DNA of 42,191 nucleotides, taken from Chiloscyllium plagiosum. Lineage: Eukaryota. The position numbers and the translations under genes are program-made. The notes under the pieces are model-generated. The model saw only the letters and a list, made by a program, of their open reading frames with translations, ran no database searches and was not told the DNA's origin. The stretch lies in contig NW_025215345.1 in the NCBI RefSeq assembly GCF_004010195.1, forward strand, positions 33,540 through 75,730. Reading direction: 5' to 3'. Positions 8,701-23,200 of this stretch are shown here, one piece after another. The stretch's first letter is position 1, and every line of letters begins with the position of its first letter.

Positions 8701-11700
8701 AACTCTGACACGCTATGACTCTCTCTGTCTGACACACTGTGATACTCTGAGACACACTGTGACACTTTCTGAAACATGCTCTGACAGACTGTGACACAAT
8801 CTGACTCTCTCTGAGACAAACTGTGACACGCTCTGAGACACACTGTGACACTCTCTGACTCTCTGAGGCACACTGTGAGACTCTCTGACACACTGTGACA
8901 CACTCTGAAACATGCTCTGACAGACTGTGACACAATCTGACACTCTCTGACACTCTCTGAGACACACTGTGATACGCTCTGAGACACACTGTGACACTCT
9001 GTGACTCTCTGAGCGTCACTGTGAGACTCTCTGACACACTGTGACACGCACTGAGACACACTGTGACACTCTCTGACACACTGTGACACGCTCTGAGACA
9101 CACTGTAACAAACTTTGACGCTCTCTGACACGCACGGTGAAACTCTCTGACATGCTCTGAGGCACACTGTGACACTCTCTGTCTCTTTCTGAGATACGCA
9201 GTGAAACTCCCTGACTCTCACTGAAACACACTGCGACATTCTATGACAAATTGTGACACACTCAGAGATACTGTGACAATCTTAGAGTTTCTCTGACTCT
9301 GCGCTGACACACAGAGATACTTTCTGACTCTCTCTGAGACACACTGTGACACTCTCTGACTCTCTCTGAGACACACTGTGATACTCTGACTCTCCTCTGA
9401 CACACTGTGACAATGTCTGACACACTGTGACACTCTCTGACACACGGCGATGCTCCCGAACTTTCTCCGACACTCTCTGAGATACAAAGAGATACTCTCT
9501 GACTCTCTCTGGCACTCTCTGAAACTCACTCTGACAATCTCTCACTCTGATACTCTCTGGCACATTCTGAGAAAATCTGTGACATTTTCTTTCAGACTGT
9601 GGTAAAATGTGACTCTCTCTGTCTCTCTCTGAAACTCTCTGAAACATATTGTGACACTCTCTGAGACACGCAGTGAAACTCTCTGTCTCGCTCTGAGAGA
9701 TGCTGTGACACTCTCTGACACAATGTGACACTCTCTGAGACACTGTGACACACTCTGACACACTGTGACATTCTCTGACGCACTGAGACACACTCTGAAA
9801 CACTTTGGCACTTTCTTAGACACACCGTGAAACACTTTGACACTCTCTGAGATACACGATAACACTCTCTGACACTCTGAGACACGCATTGATACGCTCT
9901 GACACTCTCTGAGACACACAGTGATACTCTCTGACTCTCTTCGAGGCACACTGTGACACGCTCTGACACACTGTGACACTCTCTGACTCTCCTGACAGAC
10001 AGAGATACTCTCTGACTCTCCCTGAGACACACTGTGACACTCTGACCCTCCTCTGACACACTGTGACAATGTCTGACACACTGTGACACTCTCAGACACA
10101 CTGTGATGCTCTCTGACTTTCTGTGACACTCTCTAAGACACTCAGAGACACTCTCTGACTCTCTCTGGCACTCTCTGAAACTTCCGCTGACAATCTCTAA
10201 CTCTCTCTGACACTCCATTACCCTCTCTGAGACACACTGTAACACTCTCTGACTCTCTCTGCGACACACAGTGACTCTCTCTGACACATTGTTACGCACT
10301 GTGAGATACTGTGATACTCTCTGACTCTCTCTAAGACACACAGTGATACTCTCTGTCTCGCTCTGAGACGCACTTTGACACTCACTGACTCTCTCTGAGA
10401 CAGACAGTGATACTATCTCTCTCGCTCTGAGACACACTGTGACCCTCTCTGACTTTCTCTGAGACAGACAGTGATACTCTCCGGCTCGCTCTCAGACACA
10501 CATTGACACTCTCTGATACAATGTGATACACTCTGAGATACTGTGACACTCTCGGACCCTCTCTGAGACTCACTGTGACACTCCCTGACACACTCTGAAA
10601 CTCTCTGAATCTCTCTCTGACACATTGAGACAATCTCTGACACACAGTAGCAATTTCTGACTCCATCTGACACTCTGAGACACTCTCTGACAGACTGTGA
10701 CACTCTCTGACTCTCTCTGACACTCTCTGAGACACACAGTCACACTCTCTGACAAACTCTGACACGCTCTGACTCTCTCTGAGACACACAGTGATACTCT
10801 GAGACACACTGACACTTTCTGACTACCTCCGACATTCTGAAACATGCTCTGACAGACTGTGACACTCTCTGACTCTCTCTGACACTCTCAGAGACACACA
10901 GTCACACTCTCTGACAAACTCTGACTCTCTCTCTCTGACACCCTGTGACACTCTGAGACACACTGTGACACTTTCTGACTACCTCCAACACTCTGAAACA
11001 TACTTCGGCAGACTGTGGTAAAATCTGACTCTCTCTGACACTCTCTGAGACACAATGTGACACGCTCTGCGACTCACAGTGGCACTCTCTGACTCTCTGA
11101 GACACACTGTGACACGCTCTGAGACACACTGTGACACTATCTGATATATTGTTACACGCTCTGAGACACACTGTGACACCCTCTGACTCTCTGAGACACA
11201 CTGTGAGACTCTCTGACACACTGTGACACGCTCTGAGACACGCTGTGACACTCTCTGACACACTGTGACACGCTCTGAGACACACTGTGACACTATCTGA
11301 TACATTGTGGCACGCTCTGAGACACACAGTGGCACTCTCTGACTCTCTGAGACACACTGTGACACGCTCTGACACACTGTGACACGCTCTGAGACACACT
11401 GTGACACTATCTGATACATTGTGACACGCTCTGAGACACACTGTGACACTCTCTGACTCTCTGAGACACACTGTGACAATCTCTAACACGCTCTGAGACA
11501 CACTGTGTCACTCTCTGTCCCTTTCTGAGATACGCAGTGAAACTCCCTGTCTCGATCTGAGACACGCTGCGACACTCTATGACACATTGTGACACACTCA
11601 GAGATACTGTGACACTCTCAGATTCTCTCTGACTCTCCGCTGACACACTGTGACAATGTCTGACACACTGCGACGCTCCCTGACTTTCTCCGACACTCTC

Positions 11701-14700
11701 TGAGATACACAGAGATACTGTCTGACTCTCTCTGACACTCTCTGAAACTCACTCTGACACTCTCTCACTCTCTCTGACACTCCGTTACACTCTCTGAGAC
11801 ACACTGTGACACTCCCTGACAGACTGTGACACACTGTAACACTCTCTGACTCTCTCTAAGACACACAGTGATACGCTCTGATACTCTCTGGCACATTCTG
11901 AGACTATCTGTGACACTTTCTTTCAGACTGTGTTAAACTGTGACTCTTTCTGTGTCTCTCTGTCTCTGACACTCTCTGAGACATACTGTGACACTCTCTG
12001 ACTCTCTCTGACCCTCTCAGAGACACACTCTCTGACAAACTCTGACATGCTCTGACTCTCTCTCTCTGACACCCTGTGACACTCTGAGACACACTGTGAC
12101 ACTTTCTGACTACCTCCAACACTCTGAAACATACTTTGACCGACTGTGACAGAATCTGACTCTCTGTGACACTCTCGGAGACACAATGTGACACGCTCTG
12201 AGACTCACAGTGGCACTCTCTGACTCTCTGAGACACACTGTGACACTCTCTGACACACTGTGACACGCTCTGAGACACATTGTGACACTATCTGATACAT
12301 TGTGATACGCTCTGTGACACACTGTGACACTCTCCGACTCTCTGAGACACACTGTGAGACTCTCTGACACACTGCAACACGCTCTGAGACACACTGTGAC
12401 ACTCTCTGACTCACTGAGACACACTGTGACACTCTCTGACACACTGTGACACGCTTTGAGACACACTGTGACACTATCTGATACATTGTGACACGCTCTG
12501 ATACACACTGTGACACTCTCTGACTCTCTGAGACACACTGTGAGACTCTCTGACACATTGTGACACGCTCTGAGACACACTGTGAGACTCTCTGACTCTC
12601 TGAGACGCACTGTGACACTCTCTGACATGCTCTGAGACACACTGTGACACTCTCTGTCTCTTTCTGAGATACGCAGTGAAACTCCCTGTCTCGATCTGAG
12701 ACACACTGCGACACTCTATGACACTATGACACACTCAGAGATACTGTGACACTCTCAGATTCTCTCTGACTCTCCGCTGACACACAGAGATACTTTCTGA
12801 CTCTCTCTGAGACACACTGTGACACTCTCTGACTCTCTCTGAGACACACTGTGATACTCCGACTCTCCTCAGACACACTGTGACAATGTCTGACACACTG
12901 ACACTCTCTGACACACTGCGACGCTCCCTGACTTTCACCGACACTCTCTGAGATACACAGAGATACTCTCTGACTCTCTCTGACAGTCTCTGAAACTCAC
13001 TCTGACACTCTCTCACTCTGATGCTCTCTGGCTCATCTGAGACTATCTGTGACACTCTCTGACACACTCTGACATGCTGTGGCTATCTCTCTGGCACACT
13101 CTGACAATCTCTGTCACACTGTGAGACTCTCTGACACTCTCTGAGACACACTGTGACACTCGCTGTCACTCTGAGACACAATGTGACACTTTTTGACTAC
13201 CTCTTACACTCTGAGACATACTCTGACAGACTATGACACTCTCTGACTCTCTCTGACACTCTCTGAGACACACTGTGACACTCGCTGTCACTCTGAGACA
13301 CAATGTGACACTTTTTGACTACCTCTTACACTCTGAGACATACTCTGACAGACTATGACACTCTCTGACTCTCTCTGACACTCTCTGAGACACACTGTGA
13401 CATTCTCTGACACACTGTGACACTCTCTGTCTCTCTCTCTCTCTCTCTGACACCCTGTGAAATTCTCTGAAATACAGTGACACTTGCTGACCCTATGAAA
13501 AACACACTGTGACGCTCTCTGACTCTTTCTGAGACACAAGTTGACACTCTCTGACACGCCCTGACACACAATGTAGCAATCTCAGAGCTCTGTGACACAT
13601 TCGGAGTCTCTCTGACTCTCCTCTGACGCACAGAGATACTCTCTGACTCTCTCTGAGACACACTGACTCACTGTGACACTCTCTGACACACTGCGAGGCT
13701 CTCTGATTTTTTTCTGACACTCTGAGACACACAGAGATACTCTCTAACTCTCTCTGACACTCTCTGAAACTTACTCTGACAATCTCTAACTTTCTCTAAA
13801 TCTCCCTTACACTCTCTGAGACACACTGTGCCACTCTCTGAGACTCACTGTGACACTCTCTGACTCTCTCTGAGACAGACAGTGATTCTCTCTGGCTCGC
13901 TCTCAGACACACATTGACACTCTCTGACACAATGTGACACTCTCTGAGGTACTGTGACACTCTCGGACTCTCTCGGAGACTCACTGTGACACTCTCTGAC
14001 ACAGTCTGAGATAGTCTGTGACACTTTATTTCAGACTGTGGTAAACTATGACTCTCTCTGTCTCTCTCTGACACTCTCTGAGACACACTGTGACACACTC
14101 TGAGACACAAAGTGATATTCTGTGTCACGCTCTGAGGCACACTGTGACACTCTCTGACACAATGTGACACTCTCTGAGACACTGTGACACACTCTGAGAC
14201 ACACGCTGACACTCTTTGACACGCTCTGGCTATCTCTCTGGCACGCTCTGACAATCTCTGTCACGCTGTGAGACCCTCTGACACTCTGAGACACACTGTG
14301 ACACCTTGTGGCTACCTCTGACACTCTGAGACATGCTCTGAAAGACTGTAACACTCTCTGACTCTCTCTGACACTCTCTGAGACAAGCCCTGACACTCTC
14401 TGACACACTGTGACACTCTCTGACTCTCTCTCTCTCTCTGACACCATTTGACACTCTCTAAAGCACTGTGACACTTGCTGACCCCCTCTGAGACACACTG
14501 TGACACTATGTGACTGCCTCTGACACTCGGAGACATGCTCTGACAGACCGTGACACTCTCTGACCCACTCTCTGACACCCTGTGACAATCATCAAATACT
14601 GTAACACACTGCTGACACTCTCCGACTCTCTCTGACGCAATGTGACACTCTCTGACTATCTCTGAGACACACTGTGACAGACCCTGACACCCTTTGAGTC

Positions 14701-17700
14701 ACACTGTGACAGTCTCTGACTCTCTCCCTGATGCACTGTAACACTCTCTGACACAATATCACACTCTCTGACTCTCTCTGACCCTCTCAAAGACACACTG
14801 TGACACTATCTGACACACTGTGACACTCTCTGACTCTCTCGGATGCTCTCTGAGACAAACTGTGACACACTCCGACCCACTGTGACACTCTCTAACACTC
14901 TCTGTGACACTCTTTGACACTCTCTAAAGTACTGTGACACTTGCTGACAAACTCTGAGACACACTGACTGTGACACTCTGACTAGGTCTGAGACACACTG
15001 TGACACTCTCTGACTCCCTCTGACTCTCACTGAGACACACTGTGACAGACTCTGACACCCTCTGAGTGACACTGTGACACTCTCTGACTCTCTCCCTGAT
15101 GCACTGCAACACTCTCTGACACATTATCACACTCTCTGACTATCTCTCCGACACTCTCAAACACACACTGTGACACTCTGACTCTCTCCGACGCTCTCTG
15201 AGACAACTCTGACCCACTGTGACACTCTCTGGCTTTCTCTCTGGCACCCTTTGACACTCTCTCAAGCACTGTTACACTTTGTGACAATCTCTGAGACACA
15301 CTGTGACACTCTGACATGCTCTGAGGCACACTGTGACACTCTCTGACTCTCTCTGAGACACACTGTGACACTCTGACACAATCTGGGACAGTCTGTGACA
15401 GTCTGATAGACTGTGATAAACTGTGAGTCTCTCTGTCTCTCTCCGACATTCTCTGAGACACGCTGTGACAATCTCTGACTCTCTCTGAGACACACAGTGA
15501 TACTCTCTGTCTCGCTCTGAGACAAACTGAGACACTCTCTGACACAATGTAACACTCTCTGATATACAGTGACACTCTCTGATTCTCTCTGAGACACACA
15601 GTGATATTCTCTGTCTCGCTCTGAGACACACTGTGTCACTCTCTGCCTCTCTCAGAGACAGACAGTGATACTCTCTGTCTCGCTCTCAGACACACATTGA
15701 CACTCTCTGAAACAATGTGACACTCTCCGACAGACTGTGACACTCTCGGACTCTCTCTGACACACTCTGAGACACACGGTGACACTGTCTGACACACTCT
15801 GACACGCTCTGACTCTCTCCGGCAACCTGTGACACTCTACTTCACACTGTGACACTCTCTGACACTCTGAGACACACTGTGACATTATCTGACTACCTCA
15901 TACACTCTGAGACACTCTCTGTCCGAATATGACACTCTCTGACTCTCTCTGAATCTCTCTGAGACACACTGTGACACTCTCTGACACACTGTGTCATTCG
16001 CTGACACTCTGAGACACAATGCGACACTTTCTGAATACCTCTTACACTCTGAGACAATCTCTGATAGGCTATGACATTCTGACTCACTCTGACACTCTTT
16101 GAGACACTGTGACACTCTGATACACTGAGACAGTCTCTGTCTCGCTCTCTGACACCCTGTAACACTCTCTGATACACAGTGACACTTGCTGAGACTCTCT
16201 GATTCCCTCTCTAACGCACTGTGGCACTCTCTGACAAGCTCTGAGACACACTTTGACATTCTCTGACTCTCTCTCTGACACACTGTCAATCTCTCTGACT
16301 CTCTCTCTCTGAAACACTGTGACACTCTGAGACAAACTGTGAGACGTTCTGACTGACTGTGACACACTGTGACTCTCTCTGACCCTCCTCTGACACACAG
16401 AGATACTCTCTGACGCTCTCTGAGACACACTGTGGCACTCTCTGACTCTCTCTGAGACACACTGTGACACTCTCTGACTCTCTCTGAGAGACACAGAGAT
16501 GCTCTCTGACTCTGTCTGATAGACACTGTGACATTTGGACACTCCTCTGACAGACTGTGACAATGGCTGACACACTGTGACACTTTCTGACACACGGCGA
16601 TGCTCTCTGACTTTTTCTGATACTCTGGGACATACAGAAATACTCTCTGACTCTCTCTGACACTCTCTGAAACTGTCTCTGACACGCTCTAACTCTCTCT
16701 GACACTCCCTTACACTCTCTGAGACACACCGTGACAATCTCTGACAGACTGTGACACACTGTAACACTCTCTGACTCTCTCTGAGACACACAGTGACACT
16801 CTCTGACACATTCTGCGATAGTCTGTGACACTTTCTTTCAGACTGTGGTAAACTGTGACACTCTCTGTCTCTCAATGAGGCACACTGTGACACTCTCTGA
16901 CACAATGTGACACTCTCTGAGACACTGTGACACACTCTGAAACACACTGTGACACTCTCTGACGCACTCAGACTCGCTCTGGCTATCTCTCTGACACACT
17001 GTGACAATCTCTGTCACACTGTGAGACTCTCTGACACTCTGAGACACACTGTGACACTTTGAGACTACCTCTGACATTCTGAGACAAGCTCTGACAGACT
17101 GTGACACTCTCTGACTCTCTCTGACACTCCCTGAGTCACGCTATGACATTCTCTGACACACTGTGACACTCTCTGACTCTATCTCTGATACCCTGTGACA
17201 CTCTATGAAGCACTGTGGCACTCTCTGACATTCTGAGACACATTGTGACACTATATGACTCGCTCAGACACTCTCTGAGACACACTCTGACACACTGTGT
17301 CAGTCTCTGACTCTCTCTCTGACACGCTTTCACACTCTCTCAAGCACTTTGACACTTGCTGTCAATCTCTGACACACACGGTGGCACTCTCTAACACGCT
17401 CTGAGACACACTGTGACACTCTGTCTCTCTCTGAGACACACTGTGACACTCTCTGACACAATCTGAGACAGTCTCTGACACTCTGACAGACTGTGATAAA
17501 CTACGATTCTCTCTGTCTCTCTCTGACACTCTCCAAGACACGTTATGCCAGTCGCTGACTCTCTCTGAGACAGACAGTGATACTATCTGTCTCGCTCTGA
17601 GACACACTGTGACACTCTCTGAATCTCTCTGAGACAGACAGTGATAATCTCTGTCTCGCTCTCAGACACACATTGACACTCTCTGACTCAATGTGACACT

Positions 17701-20700
17701 CTCTGAGACACTGTGACACTCTCGCACTCTCTCTGAGACTCACTGTGACACACCCTGTAAAAACTTGACACGCTCTGACTCTTTCTCTGAGACCCTGTGA
17801 CACTCTGAGACACTCTGTGACACTTTCTGACTACCTCTGACACTCCGAGAGATGCTCTGACAGACTGTGACACAATCTGACTCTCTTTGACACTCTCTGA
17901 GATACACTGTGACACGCACTGTGACACACTGTGACACTCTCTGCCTCTTTCTGAGATAAGCAGTGATACTCTCTGTCTGGATCTGACACACACTGCGACA
18001 CTCTATGACACAATGTGACATACTCAGAGATACTGTGACACATTCAGATTCTCTCTGACTCCCCTCTGACACACAGAGATACTTTCTGACTCTCTGGGAC
18101 ACACTGTCACACTCTCTGACTCTCTCTGAGACACACTGTGATACTCTGACACTCCTCTGACACATGTGACAATGTCTGACACACTGTGACACTCTCTGAC
18201 ACACTGTGACGCTCCCTGACTTTCTCTGACAATCTATGAGATACACAGAGATACTCTCTGACTCTCTCTGGCCCTCTCTGAAACTCACTCTGACACTCTC
18301 TAATCTCTCTGACACTCCGTTACACTCTCTGAGACACACTGTGACACTCTCTGACAGACTGTGACACACTGTAACACTCTCTGACTCTCTCTGAGACACA
18401 CAGTGATACTCTCTGGCACATTTTGAGACTGTCTGTGACACTCTCTGACACAATGTGACACAATGCGACACTCTCTGAGACACTGTGATACACCCTGAGA
18501 CACACTGTGACACTCTCTGACACACTCTGAAATGTTCTGGCTATCTCTCTGGCACACTCTGACAATCTCTGTCTCACTGTGAGACTCTCTGACACTCTGG
18601 GACACACTGTGACACATTGTGACTACCTCTGACACTCTGAGACATGCTCTGACAGACTGCGGAACTCTCTGACTGTCTCCGACACTCTCTGAGACATGCT
18701 GTGACACTCTCTGACACACTGTGACACTCTCTGACTCTCTCTCTGACACCATGTGACACTCTCTAAAGCACTGTGACACTTGCTGTCCTTCTCTGAGACA
18801 CACTGTGACACTTTGTGACTACCTCTGACACTCGGAGACATGCTCTGACAGTCCGTTACACTCTCTGACTCACTCTCTGATACCTTGTGACACTCATTGA
18901 AATACTGTGACACTTGCTGACACTCTCTGACTCTCTCTGACGCATTGTGACATTATCTGACTCTCTCTGAGACACACTGTGACAGACTCTGACATCCTCT
19001 GAGTCACACTGTGACACTCTCTGACTCTCTCCCTGATGCACTGCGACACTCTCTGACACATTAACACACTCTCTGACTCTCTTTCTCTGACACACGTGAC
19101 ACTCTAAGACAAACGTGGACACACTCTGAAAGACTGTCAAACCCTGTGACACTCTCTGACGCTCTCTGACACACTGTGAGAAACACTGCCACACTGTCGG
19201 ACTCTCTGACTCTCCTCTGACACACAGAAATACTCTCCGACTCTCTCTGAGACACACTGTGACACTCTGACACTCCCCTGACACACTGACAATGTCCGAC
19301 ACACTGTGACACTCTCTGACACACTGCGATTCTCTCTGACATTTTCTGCCACTCTGAGACACACAGAGATACTCTCTGACTCTCTCTGACACTCTATGAA
19401 ACTTCCTCTGACACTCCCTAACTCTCTCTGACACTCCCTTACACTCTCCGAGACACACTGTGACACACTGTAACACTCTCTGACTCTCTCTGAGACACAC
19501 AGTGGCACTCTCTGACACATTCTGAGATAGTCTGTGACACTTTCTTTCAGACTGTGGTAAACTGTGACTCTCTCTGTCTCTCTCTGACACACTGTGACGC
19601 TCTCTGACAGACTGTGACACACTGTAACACTCTCTGACTCTCTCTGAGACACACAGTGACACTCTCTGACACATTCTGAGATAGTCTGTGACACTATCTT
19701 TCAGACTGGTAAACTGTGACTCTCTCTGTCTCTCTCTGACACACCTTGACACTCTCTGACACAATGTGACACTTTCTGAGACACTGTGACACACTCTGAG
19801 ACACACTGTGACACTCTTTGACACACTATGACACGCTCTGGGTATCTCTCTGACACACTGTGACAATCTCTGTCACACTGTGAGACTCCCTGACACTCTC
19901 TGAGGCACGTTGTGACAGGTTCTGACTCTCTCTGAGACACACCGTGATACTTTCTGTCTAGCTCTGAGACACACTGTGACACCCTTTGATACAATGTGAC
20001 ACTCTCTGAGATATTGTGACAATCTCTGACTCTCTCTGAGACACACAGTGATACTCTCTGTCTCACTCTGAGACACTCTGTGACACTTTGTGACTACCTC
20101 TGACAGTCTGCGACATGCTCTGACAGACTGTGACACTCTCTAACTCTCTTTGACACTCTCTGAGACACGTTATGACATTCTCTGACGCACTGTGACATTC
20201 CATGACTCTCTCTCTTACACCCTGTGACACTCTCTGAAACACTGTGACACTTGCTGACCCTCTCTGAGACACACAGTGACACTTTGTGTCAACCTCTGAG
20301 ACTCTCAGACATGCTCTGACAGAGTGCGACACTCTCTGAGACACACTTTGACACTATCTGACACACTGTGAACTCTCTGACTCTCTCCGACACTCTCTGA
20401 GACACACTGTGACACTCCCTGACACACTCTGAAATTCTCTGAATCTCTCTCTGACAAATTGTGACAATCTCTGACACACTGTGACACTTTCTGACTCCAT
20501 CTGACACTCTGAGACACTCTCTGACAGACTGTAACACACTCTGACTCTCTGACACTCTCTGCGACACACGGTCACACTCTCTGACACAATCTGACACGCT
20601 CTGACTCTCTCTCTGACACCCTGTGACACTCTCTGTCACACTGTGACACTATCTGACACACTGAGACACACTGTGACACTTTCTGACTACCTCCGACACT

Positions 20701-23200
20701 CTGAGACATGCTCCGACAGACTGTGACACAATCTGACTCTCTCTGACACTGTCTGAGACACACTGTGACACGCTCTGAGACACTATGTGGCACGCTCTGA
20801 CTCTCTGAGAAACAGTGTCACTCTCAGGCACACTATGACAGGCTCTGAGACACACTGTGACATTATCTGATACACTGTGACACGCTCTGTAACACTCTTT
20901 GACGTTCACTGAGACACACTATGATACTCTCTGACACGCTCTGAGACACACTATGACACTCTCTGTCTCTTTCTGAGACACACAGTTATACTACCTGTCT
21001 CACTCTGAGACACACTGCGACACTCTGACACAATGTGACACTCTCAGAGATACTGTGACACTCTCAGAGTCTCTCTGACTCTCCTCTGTCACACAGAGAT
21101 ACTCTCTGACTCTCTCCAAGACAAACTGTGACACTCTCCGACTCTCTCTGAAACACACTGTGAGACTCTGACTCTCCTTTGTCACACTGTGACAATGTCT
21201 GACACACTGTGACACTCTCTGACACACTGCGAGGCTGCCTGACTTTCTCTGACACTTTCTGAGACACAAAAAGATACTCTCTGTCTCTCTCTGACACTCT
21301 CTGAAACTCATTCTCACGCTCTCTAACTCTCTCTGACACTCCCTTACACTGTCTGAGACACATTGTGACACTCTCTGACAGACTGTGACACACTGTAACA
21401 CTCTCTGACTCTCTCTGAGACACACAGTGATACTTTCTGATACTCTCTGACACATTCTGAGACAGTCTGTGACACTTTCTTTCAGACTGTGGTAAATTTT
21501 GTCTCACTCTGTCTCTCTCTGACTCTCTCTCAGACACACTGTAACAATCTCTGACACACTATGATACTCCCTGTCTCGGTCCGCGAGATGCTGTGACACT
21601 CTCTGACACAATGTGACACTGTGACACCCTGACACTCTCTGACACACTCGAACACCGTCTGGCTACCTCTCTAACACACTGTGACAATCTCTGTCACACT
21701 GTGCGACTCTCTGACACTCTGAGACGCACTGTGACACTTTGTGACAACCTCTGACACTCTGAGACATGCTCTGATAAAGTGTGACACTCTCTGACTCTCT
21801 CTGACACTCTCTGAGACACGCTGTGACACTCGCTGACACACTGTGACAATCTCTGACGCTCTCTCTGATACCCTGTGACACCGTCTGAAGCACTGTGACA
21901 CTTGCTGACCCTCTCTGAGACCCACTGTGACACTTTGTGACTGCCTCTGACACTATGAGACATGCTCCGACAGACTGTGACACTCGCTGACTCTCTCTGA
22001 CACTCTCTCACACGTTCTGAGACACACCTTACACTCCTTGACTCTCTCTGAGATACACTGTGACACTCTCTGATACTCTCTGACACATTCTGAGATAGTC
22101 TATGACACTTTCTTTCAGATTGTGGTAAACTGTGACTCTCTCTCTCTCTCTCTGACACTATCTGAGACACGCTGAGACACTCTCTGACACAATGTGACAC
22201 TCTCTGAGACACTGTGACACACTGAGACACACTGTGACACTCTCTGACTCACTCTGACACGCTCTGGGTATCTCTCTAACATACTATGACAATCTCTGCC
22301 ACATTGTGAGACTCTCTTACACTCTGAGACACACTGTGACACTTTGTGACTACCTCTGACAAACTGAGATATGCTCTGACAGACTGTGACACTCTCAGAC
22401 TCTCTCTGACGCTCTGTGAGACAGGCTGTGACGCTCTCTGACACACTGTGACACTCTCAGACTCTCTCTCTGACACACTGTGACATGGTCTGACCCTGCC
22501 TGAGACACACTGTTACACTTTGTGACTACCTCTGACACTCTAAGACATGGTCTGACAGACTGTGGCACTCTCTGACTCTCTCTGACACTCTCTGACACGC
22601 TCTGAAACACATTTTACACTCTCTGACACTCTCTGACACAATCTGAGACAGTCTGTAACACTCTCTGACAGACTGTGATAAACTGTGTGTCTCTTTCTGT
22701 CTCTCTGTGTCACTCTCTGACATTCTCTGAGACACACTGTGACACTCTGTGACTCTCTATGATACCGACGGTGATACTCTGTCTCGCTCTGAGACACACT
22801 GTGCCACTCTCTGACACAACGTGACACTCTCTGAGATATTGTGACAGTCTCTGACTCTCTCTGAGACTCACTGTGACACTCTTTGACACACTCTAAAACG
22901 CTCTGACACTCTCTCTGACATACTCTGACAATCCCAGACACACTGTGACCCTCTATGACACTCTGAGACACACTGTGACACTTTCGGACTGCCTCTGACA
23001 CTGAGACACGCTCTGACAGACTCTGACACACTCTGACTCTCTCTGACACTCTCTGACACACTGTGACACTCTCTGATTCTCTCTGACTCACTGTGACACT
23101 CTCTGACACACTGTCCCACTCTCTAACTCTCTCGCTCTGACACACTGTGACACTCTGATACAAACTGTGACACGCTTTGACAGACTGTGACACCCAGTAA
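5714..23200 (+). repeat. Satellite domain 1 (right boundary approximate)
   Basis: Marker tctgtgacactttctttcagactgtggtaaactgtgac or close variants at about 6013, 6760, 7463, 9576, 11907, 14015, 16822, 19531, 19685, 21466 and 22099. Not seen beyond about 22.2 kb. Confidence 0.7.
13127..13402. repeat. Perfect 122-bp tandem duplication (about 2.3 copies)
   Basis: 13141-13262 equals 13263-13384 base for base, including the rare words ctcgctgtcact and ctttttgactacctcttacac. Confidence 0.9.

Noticed and set aside
5714..22200. Recurring 37-bp marker as a CRISPR-like repeat-spacer array
   Set aside because: Spacing is irregular (154 bp to about 2.8 kb), the intervening DNA is itself repetitive, there are no cas genes and the context is eukaryotic.
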